Positions 53,036-64,000 of a DNA stretch of 64,000 nucleotides are shown here, piece after piece. This stretch comes from Eledone cirrhosa (Eukaryota): NCBI GenBank assembly GCA_964016885.1, contig OZ024740.1:335482001-335546000 (forward strand). The letters run 5' to 3'. The stretch's first letter is position 1. Every line of letters begins with the position of its first letter. The notes under the pieces were generated by a model that saw only the letters and a program-made list of their open reading frames with translations, was not told the origin of the DNA and ran no database searches. The position numbers were made by a program, and so were the translations under genes.

Positions 53036-53631
53036 CAGTGGCGAAGGGTAACCTGGAAAGCAGGGCATGCAGTCCAATCGCCATAGCGAAAGGTGGGGCT
53101 GTGCAACCTTACCCCCCACCCCCACCCCCTCCCTCTTTCCCTCTAAATGACCCTCCTGGTCAAAGCCGCATGTAGTGTTATCTAGTGTGTATTATCTTTT
53201 TATGTGTCTACGAATTAGTAAGCAGTCAAAATTCTGTTTGCCCCAAAGCTGTCGTGTGTTTGTGTGTGTGTGTGTGTGTGTGTCTGTGTGTGTATGTGTG
53301 TGTGTTATCTTTTTATATGTCGACGATTTAGTAAGCAGTCAAAATTCTGCTTGTCCCAAAGCTGTCGTGTGTTTGTGTGTATGTGTGTGTGTGTGTATTA
53401 TCTTTTTATGTGTCTACGATTTAGTAAGCAATCAAACTTTTTCTTGCCCCAAAGCTGTCGTGTGTTTGTGTGTATGTGTTTGTGTGTATGTATGTGTGTG
53501 TGTGGGGGGTGGGGTGCTATCTTTTTTTTGTGTCTATGCGTTTTAGTAAGCAGCCAAAATTCTGCTTGCTTCAACCGACGCAATTGATCAACTCAAGATT
53601 CTATAACGCATACACGGACCCTTCGCCCCTG
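53036..53631. mobile_element. hAT-like MITE with 14-bp TIRs and an internal ~100-115-bp TG-containing tandem repeat (~3.5 copies)
   Basis: cagtggcgaagggt ... acccttcgcccctg, with atatatat on both sides (consistent with an 8-bp TSD). The unit tatctttt..ttagtaagcagtcaaaattctg..cccaaagctgtcgtgtgtttg recurs. Confidence 0.8.
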
Positions 53632-55659
53632 ATATATATATATATATATAATACTTGTACATATAGAGTAGTGTTTCATAATAAACTCGAAACAGTGGAT
53701 AACACTATGCAAGAGCTCCGTCAATTTTTATAGTATAATGGAAAGTATCGAGTCGTTGGTTGATGTTTATGTAGTCAATAATAAGAGGAGAGATGAGATA
53801 TGGATCAAAAGAATCAATTCACCAATATTCTGAAACTGTCTATGGATTTCTATAATGCTGAAGTTATACACATTGTCGATTCACTAGAGGTACCACAAAA
53901 TATCAATATCTGTCACCAAACGGATTTGCCTTTTAGACGTAAAATAAAAAAAGATTAAATCAGTACAAGTGAATGTTTTCTTCTAACTTTATTCATATTA
54001 CAAATTCAGATTACCAAAAGATTACAAAAGAACTTTAAACTTTGAACAATACGTTAAGTGGAAGAAGGAGAGTATTAGAGCAATGTATTCATAAAAGCTA
54101 AAATTTGAATTATAAGTTAAGTCTGAAAAGCATGTGACTGACATATAATTGGTGCCAGTGTACGATGTAGATCCATATTCGGAGAGAATTTTTAACTTTA
54201 AATCTTATAAACGATGGATACTCCGCATTTTTCAACTTAACGTCTAGCTCATGATATTGACACGAAAGTGGTTGAGTATTCCAGAAATTGGTCTACCCTT
54301 CACGATATTCCCACGCTGAATTAGCCTGATACAATCTGTGACAACTCTGGACATTTGAATTACGAGTAGAATCCATTGAATGGGTTTCTACACAGTTTCT
54401 ATCTACTTAGTTTTATTCATAAGGGATGTGGTAAATGAGATTTGCACAAACCGCTATGCACAAACCGCTATGCACAAATGGCTATGCAGCTAATGAAATA
54501 AGGTGAAGAACCTTAACAGACAGAAAAACAAGTTGGCATCTTTCAAAGCTCTTTCCCATATATTATAAGCTATCTTTATAGCATTTCTACGATTGAGCAC
54601 ATTTGTTATACTTATATATAAATATATATCTATATATTCTCAGAGCTTAAAAGCCGAAAATTTAGCTTCGTACATAGCTTGTCCACACAGTGGGTTTGAA
54701 ATCGAGACCACGTGATTGCGACGCAAATTCCATAATTATTCGTTCATAATTATTCGTTCACAAAACTCGATTTATACGTAATAGATTAAAAATATATATG
54801 TCATAATCATATGAACGAGCAGTCAAATAATATATATTTAAGCCCTATAAATGCGTGTTTGTTATCTATTAATAGGCTTAATGTTAATTTGGTTGACACT
54901 AAAATTATACATATATATATATGTAGGTGTGTGTAAGAGAATAACTAATAAAAAGTTCAAGATCCACCTGTTTTCTTCTAAATACATATGGTAAGGTTTA
55001 CAGTACACAAAGAAAAAAAGGCAGTTACATAATACCCCACGTAATAATTCAATAGGTAAATCGAGAAATCACTCATACCATGGGATTCTACAGCTACAGC
55101 ATACGCGGATATACTAACAAGGCCGAAAGAGACCTTCCAAGAGTAGATCCATGGTCTCCTGAGAAGCCAAGCTCCCCGCCATATATATATATATGTGTGT
55201 GTGTGTGAGCATGTGTATGTGTTTGTGTGTGTGTGAATGTGTGTGTGTATGTGTGTGTATATATATATATATGGTGAGAGAGGAGGGAAAAGAGAGATAT
55301 TAGCTATGTCTCCGATGGAGAATGATATAAATTGTGGTTGTCTCCGTTAGATAGATAGATGTATGTATGTGTCTGTGTGTAGACTGCTGTGTGTGTCAGG
55401 ATGTTTATATATTCATACATTCGCTATATACGTGTCTCTGAGCCTGTTTGTTTATGCGGGGAAAATTTTGAATATATATATTTTGGGACAGGAATCGTTT
55501 ATTTTGTTTCATTATTTACGTTTATCATATATGTGTATATTTGTGTTTGTCTGTATGCATACATAAAACATACACACACATGAAATATATATATATACGC
55601 ACACACATTTACATAGGTTTCTATATACACACGCTCGCGTACATACTTACACACAATAT

Positions 55660-55895
<236 letters not shown>

Positions 55896-57851
55896 ACCCA
55901 CTGTCCAGTGCTTGCAATATAATTACCATATTCGGTAATAAAATATTTACCTACAATCATGTGATAACAGGACAGAATATCTACAAGAAATACAACAGAT
56001 ACAGATATACCCATATTTTGGTTTTGTTTTGTGTTAGCCTATTTCTTTTTTATTTGTCGAATTGTTTTATTATTATTTTTTTAAATTGTCCACCATCATT
56101 GATTTGTTGGACAGGAACTGAAATGGAAAAATAGTTATGAATTAGTTTATGGCTGGCTCTCTGCAATGGCGTCGAATGAACCTGCAAACAGATTGATATA
56201 TTAGAAATTCAACGTAAACAGCGTAGATATGCTACAATGCTACTACCTAAATATGTTGCAGACATCGCGGACATAGACACATTTATTATATATATATATA
56301 TAATGAAAATATAATTATGATTTGGTAAGCAATGGTGCTGGAAAGTGATAAACTATTTAGAAAGCTCACTCACTGATCAGCATTATTGTTTCCTGTGTCA
56401 ATTAAATTATTTTGGATACAGCCCGTTGTTTCCTTTTGTTTAATTTTTGGCTGAGGCTCAATGTTTTGTTTTATAGATTAAAAAAAATTATTTAGCGACC
56501 AGCTACTGGTTTGCCGTTAGTATTAATATATATTAACAGTTTGGCTGATTTAGTAGAACTGCGTACAAAATAGTAGTGGATTGGTATAACGAATCATTCA
56601 ACAAGCAAAATGATGATGGATTAGTAGAATAGGTTGAGCATCGAACAAAATGATATTGAGGTAATAAGGCTGTTAGACTATTGGACAAAATGGTAGTGGG
56701 GCGCCAATGCTGGGCATAATGCTAGACGGTATCATTTTGCGTCTTTATGTCCTGATTTCGAATTTCATCATAATCAACTTTACCTTTCATTCTTCTACAG
56801 TCAACAAAATAAATAAGTACCTCTGAAGCACAGATTTATAATCGCCTAAACCTTTCTCCTCCATTGTAACACGTTAAGGCTATAATAACAATCAATTATA
56901 AAAGTAGGTACGAAAAGGTGGAACTGGATGATTATATGTGATCACAACTAGTTTTGAGCTCAAATACCACTGAAATCGAATTTACGTTGATTTCACTCTT
57001 TTAATCCCAAGGAGGTCGATATGAAATATGAAAAAAATATACTAAGAAGTCAATTCGAGTGATTATCTGCCACGTCCATAAATTCCTTTAAATATGCCGC
57101 TATAAGAGATTAATACTATTTCAATGAACAACAGTAGAGTACAGTATTACATAAGCTACTCTTCAAAATGTATTTCCATTCTGATTTATTTACATTTTGA
57201 TTTCAAATCTTAGCAATGTTGACTTTTTTTCTTTCAACGCTAAAACGAGCATGTTTAAGGACGTGCTAGTACTAACGTCTAAATCTTAATTAATCCATAC
57301 TTTACCGTCTTAAATAAAGGATCATATGACAGTATAATTGTAGATACATAAACAGATCAGATGGACATGCATGGAATGTCTTTAATCATACCTCTGTTTG
57401 ATCTGTCTTGACCTAAATGTCTTGACCTAAATGTATTTATGAAATGAGGTATCCTGTCAATTGGCTTTAACCTTTGCCTAGTAGAACTGTGGCCTTATGT
57501 CTATGCTAGAAAACGATATTACTATGGCAAATACTTGTCAACAAAGAAGAGATAAGCCTTTGATACACTGAGAATATTTTGTATTAAGTCTGCTGTTCAT
57601 ACCCTTGGTAAAGACAAAATAGCTCGAACATGTGCATGCTAAATATGTGTCTATTAGAGAAGCCAACAAATCAATTCACTAACGAATACGAAGAATCTAT
57701 CAGATAATCGACATCTGCAAGCTATTTTTGTTAATCTCAATTTACTCCACATGTAACTGCAAAAAATGAGTGGAACAAGGAAGTGAGTCTTTACATGGCC
57801 ACTTGAGTCAATCTGATAAACACACACGAATATTATTCTACTATATTAAAT

Positions 57852-58035
57852 AATTGTTTCTACTTTTAGCACAAGGCCAGCAATTACCCAGTATATTACT
57901 GGTACTTTATTTTATCGACCCCGTAAGGATGAAAGGCAAAGTTAACCTCAGCGGGATTTGAACTCAAATTGGAAAGGGCTGTAACTCTATGCGCCAAAGC
58001 ATGGTGTCCGATCCTCTACCGATACTGCCAATCCA
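57852..58035 (-). mobile_element. SINE, major family
   Basis: Full-length copy. Confidence 0.92.
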
Positions 58036-59090
58036 ATAATGAAACACATATCTGTACATAAATGACACATTTGAATATCTAAAGGTTACTCTAGATAATA
58101 TATTTCTAGATATAAACCAAAGATGAGCTGGACATAGCTGGAACGAGGCCTATTTGAAACTATCTGGCACTGTGAAGACTTATATTGCATGGCTCGATAA
58201 AATATCTCTTGTGTACACATTTTAGACATAGTAATCTGACTGCAATAAATTGAATATATAGAGCAGTGTTTATATCCATAATATATAAAACTATATTATG
58301 GGCGTAGCTGGGACGATTTTGAGCATAGTCCCCTAAAGGCTGACCTAAGACTAAACAAGAACTGTATCAGTAGCATGTGTGAAATAAATATAGATATGAT
58401 TGTGTGCATACCCGATTGACTAATTTAGTTTATATCTCACGCCACTTTACATTTACGGATCTCATAAATTTTACGAAACAGGGTACAGTTATTTAATCAA
58501 AGAAAGTGCCTACCGGGTAAAATAATGTGCAAATGGCTGAGGATTCCAGAGTCACCTTTAGACTTAAAATAATTATGAGGGTAATTAATTTAAAATTACA
58601 GGTTGAATTACAGATAATGTCCATCCGACTGGCTTTCAAACAATTTCCGTCCACTCAATTTTACTGACAAAGCAATTAAACGTGATACCACACAGAAGCT
58701 CCATGAATGTGAAACACAGGTCTTAAATACCGGACTATTCTACTTCTGATTATTGTTACTTGCTAGGAATTCAATATATCAGTGAGAAACGAGAACATTC
58801 TATCAGTGTCACGTTCTATATTGTTGCTACAACACGCATAACAAATATATCAACATTAAATGCGAAATATTCTACTAATCACATGCCCAAATGAATAATG
58901 TGATAGTAATAACATACAGATCAAGCCATTATACTGTTTCCTCTGATCTCGTTTTTTTTTTCAAATTCCTTAGTTCAATTCGAAGTTTTTGTCAGTTGTA
59001 TATATGGTACGTTAGATGTATCAAAGCTATTGACAAGAAACTAATCTATATTTGGCTGCTACACATCCCCACATTTTAATATATATATAC

Positions 59091-59132
<42 letters not shown>

Positions 59133-59316
59133 GGGGGGGGGGGCGTGTGTGTGTGCGTGTGTGTGTGCGTGTGTGTGTGTGTGTGTGTGTACAAAGTCGG
59201 CCAATATAATGTATACAGACTACAGGAGAGGATATTTAAAAGATACATATATATTCAATTATTATTCACCAGTAGATTTCTTGCATCAAGATATCACAAA
59301 AGAGAAATTCATCTTT

Positions 59317-59484
<168 letters not shown>

Positions 59485-59534
59485 AGGTAAATAGATATAA
59501 CAACACAATCGGTACATTATATGAAAGGGATATA

Positions 59535-59830
59535 TTAGGTTAACGCTTGATATAGCAGGAAGAGGCTCTTAAGGTTTCGGACGCTAGTCCTTCATTAGAA
59601 GAAAGAATGAGAAATAAGATAGATTGAGGGGACGGGCGGGATGTAATTGGAGAAAATGTCTTTAGATAAAAATAACAGGTCCATTCATGTTGACATCTCT
59701 TGGAAAACTGTTGGTGCTGGCGTTTTGTGTATGATTTATTTTTTAGAAAAGTGGATGATGGAACGCGTCTATCTGGAATGGAAATGGAAAAAGAAACGTT
59801 TTTTAAAAAGAGCTAGACATGTCACGTGCG
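59535..59830 (-). mobile_element. Old Neptune-like PLE 3' remnant with an HHR-like motif (~59566-59602)
   Basis: CTAATGA a ggac-tagc-gtcc GAAA cct TA agag. Upstream sequence resembles 63040-63085. Confidence 0.55.
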
Positions 59831-60020
59831 TCAGCATGTGTTTTGTGTGTTATTATACGTCCGTACGAAGCTAAGGAGAAAAGTGTGTGTATATGTGTGT
59901 ATATATTCATATATATATGTATGTAATTATATGTGTGTGAATGTAAGTAAATTTGTTGTATGTGCGCGTACACACACACACACACACACACACATATCTA
60001 TATATATATATATATATATA

Positions 60021-60199
60021 TAATTGTTTCTACTTTTGGCACAAGGCCAGCAATTAACCAGTACATTACTGGTACTTTATTTTAGCGACGCTGTAAGGAT
60101 GAAACGCAAAGTTAACCGTGGCAGGATTTGAACTCATACCGTAAAGGGATATAACTATGCTAGTAAGCATGGCGTCCAACCCTCTACCGATACTGCCAA
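60021..60199 (-). mobile_element. SINE, major family (a further 3' fragment lies at 60906-60952, plus)
   Basis: Full-length similarity. Confidence 0.9.
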
Positions 60200-60318
60200 G
60201 TAGAGAAGTAACACACGAGTTGATATATATAAAAGTAAAGAAGAAAAAACAGTAGAAAATACTAATGGGATTTTCTCATAGAATAACAGCTAAACATTTA
60301 TTTACAAAAACGGATCTT

Positions 60319-60357
60319 ATCGTACCGGTTTCAGCCACGTAGGCTTCTTCATGCTAT
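60319..60357 (-). ncRNA. Degenerate minimal hammerhead
   Basis: atagc ATGAAGA agcc-tacgt-ggct GAAAC cg GTA cgat. Palindromic ACCGGT helix III; the core and helix I are imperfect. Confidence 0.45.
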
Positions 60358-60984
60358 GGAAGTGTATAATAACATTTAAAATGGAGTTAAGTTGTATATT
60401 AATAAGAATATGGTATAAAATAACATGGTTTACATACATATTTATAGAAGAGTTCACATTTTTGTTTATCGCTTTCTCTCTTTCTCTCCTTGGTGGTGTT
60501 GACTATATGGATGTTTTTTTTTCTTGTTCGTATCACTTGCAAATAGGAACACATTCTTTGGTTTAATTCCATTAATATGCTAGCTGAGTGAGGAAGAAAC
60601 AATTATTAGACCAGCTGGTATATCAGATAAGATAATACATCACTAATGTTTATGCAAGCAAAACATACCCTGGTATACTCTTATATGAGTATTACATAAC
60701 AGATGCCGCAGAGATACGTATAATTGATTACGTAACAAATATAATGTGGTGAAATTCAATCATAGTGCCTTCTAATATATATCAATATGATAGCGGTGAA
60801 GCGATAATACGTCGAATCTCTATCCTGGTTACGCAAGTGTTAATTAATCTATACCCCAATCTGATAAGAAATCTAATAACACCGCATTATCATAATCATA
60901 ATCATAATGCACTTGGTAATTGCTGGCCTTGTGCCTAAAGTAGAAACAATTATTATAATCATAAAATGCATAAACATATGTTTA

Positions 60985-62480
60985 TATGTAGTTAGTATTT
61001 TAATGTGTATCACATTGTGACGCTCGTTTCACAGAGAACTGGCTCATGGTTACCCATAGAAGTTGTGGACCGACTGCATTACCTATATATTCAGCCGACT
61101 GGTGATGCAGTGTTTATGTGTAGATATGATCTAGCGCTGGTAAAATTCCCGAGATCCATCGACGAGTTCTCTCCAGCGGTCTCTGTCCATCATTATCGCT
61201 GCCATGTCTTGCGTCTCCAACAGACCAGTGTCTGTCCCTAGGGCATCAACATACGTTAACCTTAGTCTTCCTCTTCCAGTGTGTCCATGTAGGGGCTCCC
61301 ATAGGAATACTGAGTGCAATGTCAACTCTGGATGTCGGTGAGCATGTCCAGCTAACCTCAGTCTCCTCTGTGTCACTTTTGAGCTGACTTTTGGGAGGCT
61401 CCCATACAGCTCTGAGTTTTTCATCCTCAGTGTATACTGATTAATGTTCAGAGCCATCCTCAGCATTCTCGTGTAGCACTCATCTACCATCTGAGTGAGT
61501 TTCTTGGTCAGTGTCCAAGTCTCAGACCCGTACAACAGCACATACTCCACTACAGCAATGAAGGAGGAGGCACTGATAGAGAAGATAAGAAGTGTGGAGA
61601 GAGTGGTTGACAGATCTGGATGTAAGGAGAGCTGGATGATCATCAACGAGATCACAGGGAGGAAGAGAAGGTGTTCGAGTCATATCCAGGGAACGGGGCC
61701 CGAGGATAGGAAGAGGAAATGGCTAGACCATTTTAGGACCCTACTAGGAGAGCCATCCTCCACAGCCCAGAGCACTGGGGACATCAGGCGGCTGTTTGAG
61801 GAACTGGATATTGAGACAGAGCCCTTCACCAGAGAGGAGCTTCAGAGAGCCAAGAAGAGGATCAAGGAGGGCAAGGCTCATGGAGAAGATGGAGTGGCAT
61901 CAGAGGTGATGAAGAGGTGTGATTTTGAGATATCATCCTGGGGTTCTGTAACCGGGCACTGGAGAAAGGAGTTGCCTCGAATCAGTGGAGGATCAGTAAC
62001 ATCGTCCCAGTGCCAAAGAAGGGAGATCTCTCTATCACCAACAACTACAGGGGGATCTCACTGGCGTCACTTGTGGCAAAGACCCTCAACAGGATGATTC
62101 TTAACAGGATCCAGCCTGAGATGGAGAAGAAGCTCAGGGACAACCAAAACGGCTTCAGAGAGGGAAGATCAACCACCAGTCACATCCTGATGCTGAGGAG
62201 GATATTAGAGGGAGCTAGAGCAAAGTGCCTTCCTGTGGTCATGGTTTTCATTGACTTTAGGAAGGCCCTTGATTATGTGGACCGTCACTGCCTGCTGAAG
62301 ATCTTACAGGCTTATGGAACCCCCAAGAAGATAGCGGACCAGATATCACTGCTCTACACCAACACCAAAGCCCAAGTCATTACATCTGATGGGATGACAG
62401 AGTTCTTTGAGATACTGGCTGGAGTGCTCCAGGGAGATACATTGGCTCCCTACTTTTTTATCATCGTAGTGGACATATGT
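60985..62480 (-). mobile_element. RTE/RTE-X-like LINE with 5' inversion (3' part minus ~60985-61560; inverted RT part plus ~61560-62480)
   Basis: Minus: VLLYGSETWTL..RRLRLAGHAHRH..GRGRLRLTYVD. Plus: PKKGDLS..NYRGISL..NQNGFREGRST..FIDFRKA..GVLQGDTLAPYFF. Confidence 0.9.
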
Positions 62481-62614
62481 ATGCATATATATATATATAC
62501 AGTGGAGGTTCGACAAAGAAAACAGTGTTTATCTATGTGTATATATATATAGTGAGCAAAAGTGTGGACGTTAGAAAACCTTCTAGACGGATCACATTAT
62601 ATAAGGAAAATTAT

Positions 62615-62802
62615 GGCGGTGGATTGGCAGTATCGGTAGAGGGTCGGACACCATGCTTTTCAGCATAGTTACGTCCCTTTACGATCTGAGTTCAAATCCC
62701 GCCGAGGTTGACTTTGCCTTTCATCCTTACGGGGTCGATAAAATAAAGTACCAGTAATGCACTGGGTAATTGCTGGCCTTGTGCCTAAAGTAGAAACAAT
62801 TA
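62615..62802 (+). mobile_element. SINE, young copy with a 16-bp TSD
   Basis: attatataaggaaaat at 62596-62611 and 62810-62825. Confidence 0.93.
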
Positions 62803-62911
62803 TATAACAATTATATAAGGAAAATGATAATAAAAAAGGTTATATATATATATTCAATAGGCAAACAGAAATAAAAAAGCAAACGACACAGTACAATGAA
62901 AATATATATTA

Positions 62912-63425
62912 TTAGGTTTACGCTGGACATTGTAGAAAAAGTATTGCAGCCTTTCGGACGCAACTCTTTCATCAGAAAGTAGAATACGAAATTAAAGAAA
63001 AAATAGAATAATTGAAGAGGCGCACATTAGAGAAAAAGCAAATCCATTTATGTCAGCATCTCTAGGAAAACGTTTGATACTGGCGGAAAATCCGACTCTT
63101 CCGTGATGTAAAAGGACACCAAGGACTGAGATATGTAGGGAAGAATGTCCCGGGGAAGGGAAATGACGAGCGACGGGGTTATACATGCCGATTCATATGT
63201 CACTCAAGTATTCAGCGAAACGGTCTGCCAAATGGATGTATATGAATCCATAAAGGGGACCCTGGTGTGCATAGACTACGTGGGTGGATGTGCAGGTGAA
63301 CGAGTGGCGGATACGATTGGACGTTAGTGCCTGAGAGGGGGCTACAAATGAAAGGACATATGTTACAGCGGGGACGAGAACAGTGCGGAGTTGGGTGGAG
63401 TCCTAGGTCAGAAAAGGAATGAACT
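62912..63425 (-). mobile_element. Decayed Neptune-like PLE endonuclease and 3' end with a degenerate HHR (~62946-62980)
   Basis: CSRPRCNICPFI, LADRFAEYLSDI..NPVARHFPSPGHS, then CTGATGA aagagttgcgtcc GAAA. Confidence 0.65.
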
Positions 63426-64000
63426 ACGTACACACACACACAAAACATGCAATGTGTATGTGCATATATGTATGTGTGTATATATATACACAAATAATTG
63501 CATATGTGTACAGCTGTTTATTTTAGCACTAAATCTACTGTTAATCTACTGTTAATCTACTATTATTGCAAACGACCCCACCTAGTATATGCTGTAGGAT
63601 ACACGACACAATCCTTTTGTTGGCTGTTTTATACTGGACATATCCACAAAGCTAAGGTGCATTTGGATTCAATAAGAACATTTTCAGTTAATATATGAAT
63701 GGAACGTTGCTAAAGGAAATGTTCATACCAGTCGTGAAGAAACCACTTTCCAAACAAAGATATAGACATCAGTGATTTCTCCACGTAATAAAAAAAGATT
63801 GTTACTAATACATATTATAAATATATAATATAATATAGTATAGTATAGTATAATATAATATAATATAATATAATATAATATAATATAATACTTATTTATA
63901 AATATAATATAATACATATTTATAAATATATAACATACATTGCTGTGGGGCAAGTGTAGAATGAGTAAAGTATATTTGCAGCAGTAATTTAATATATATA

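Overview
AT-rich, microsatellite-dense eukaryotic intergenic or intronic DNA. It is most likely an octopod cephalopod, judged from recall of the abundant ~190-bp tRNA-derived SINE. No host gene, RNA gene, CRISPR array or prokaryotic feature is confidently supported, and most ORF-track entries are translations of simple repeats. Real coding content is retroelement-derived. It includes a near full-length Tx1/L1-clade LINE with an intact APE-RT ORF2 (46.3-52.1 kb) and two 5'-truncated relatives, several Penelope-like elements (PLEs; RT plus C-terminal GIY-YIG) and RTE-type LINE fragments, two of them with twin-priming-type inversions. There are also about 12 SINE copies and a hAT-like MITE. The most striking signal is about 20 hammerhead-ribozyme (HHR)-like motifs from at least six sequence families, read by eye. 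They lie in PLE 3' regions and in short non-coding elements that sit in (TA)n tracts as tail-out inverted pairs, forming an almost continuous chain at 15.6-25.4 kb and 28.9-39.6 kb. One is a 525-bp tandem HHR monomer that looks like a retrozyme (circular-RNA retroelement), and several HHRs carry unusually long helix-II insertions. All folds and clade assignments are manual and need computational and biochemical confirmation.
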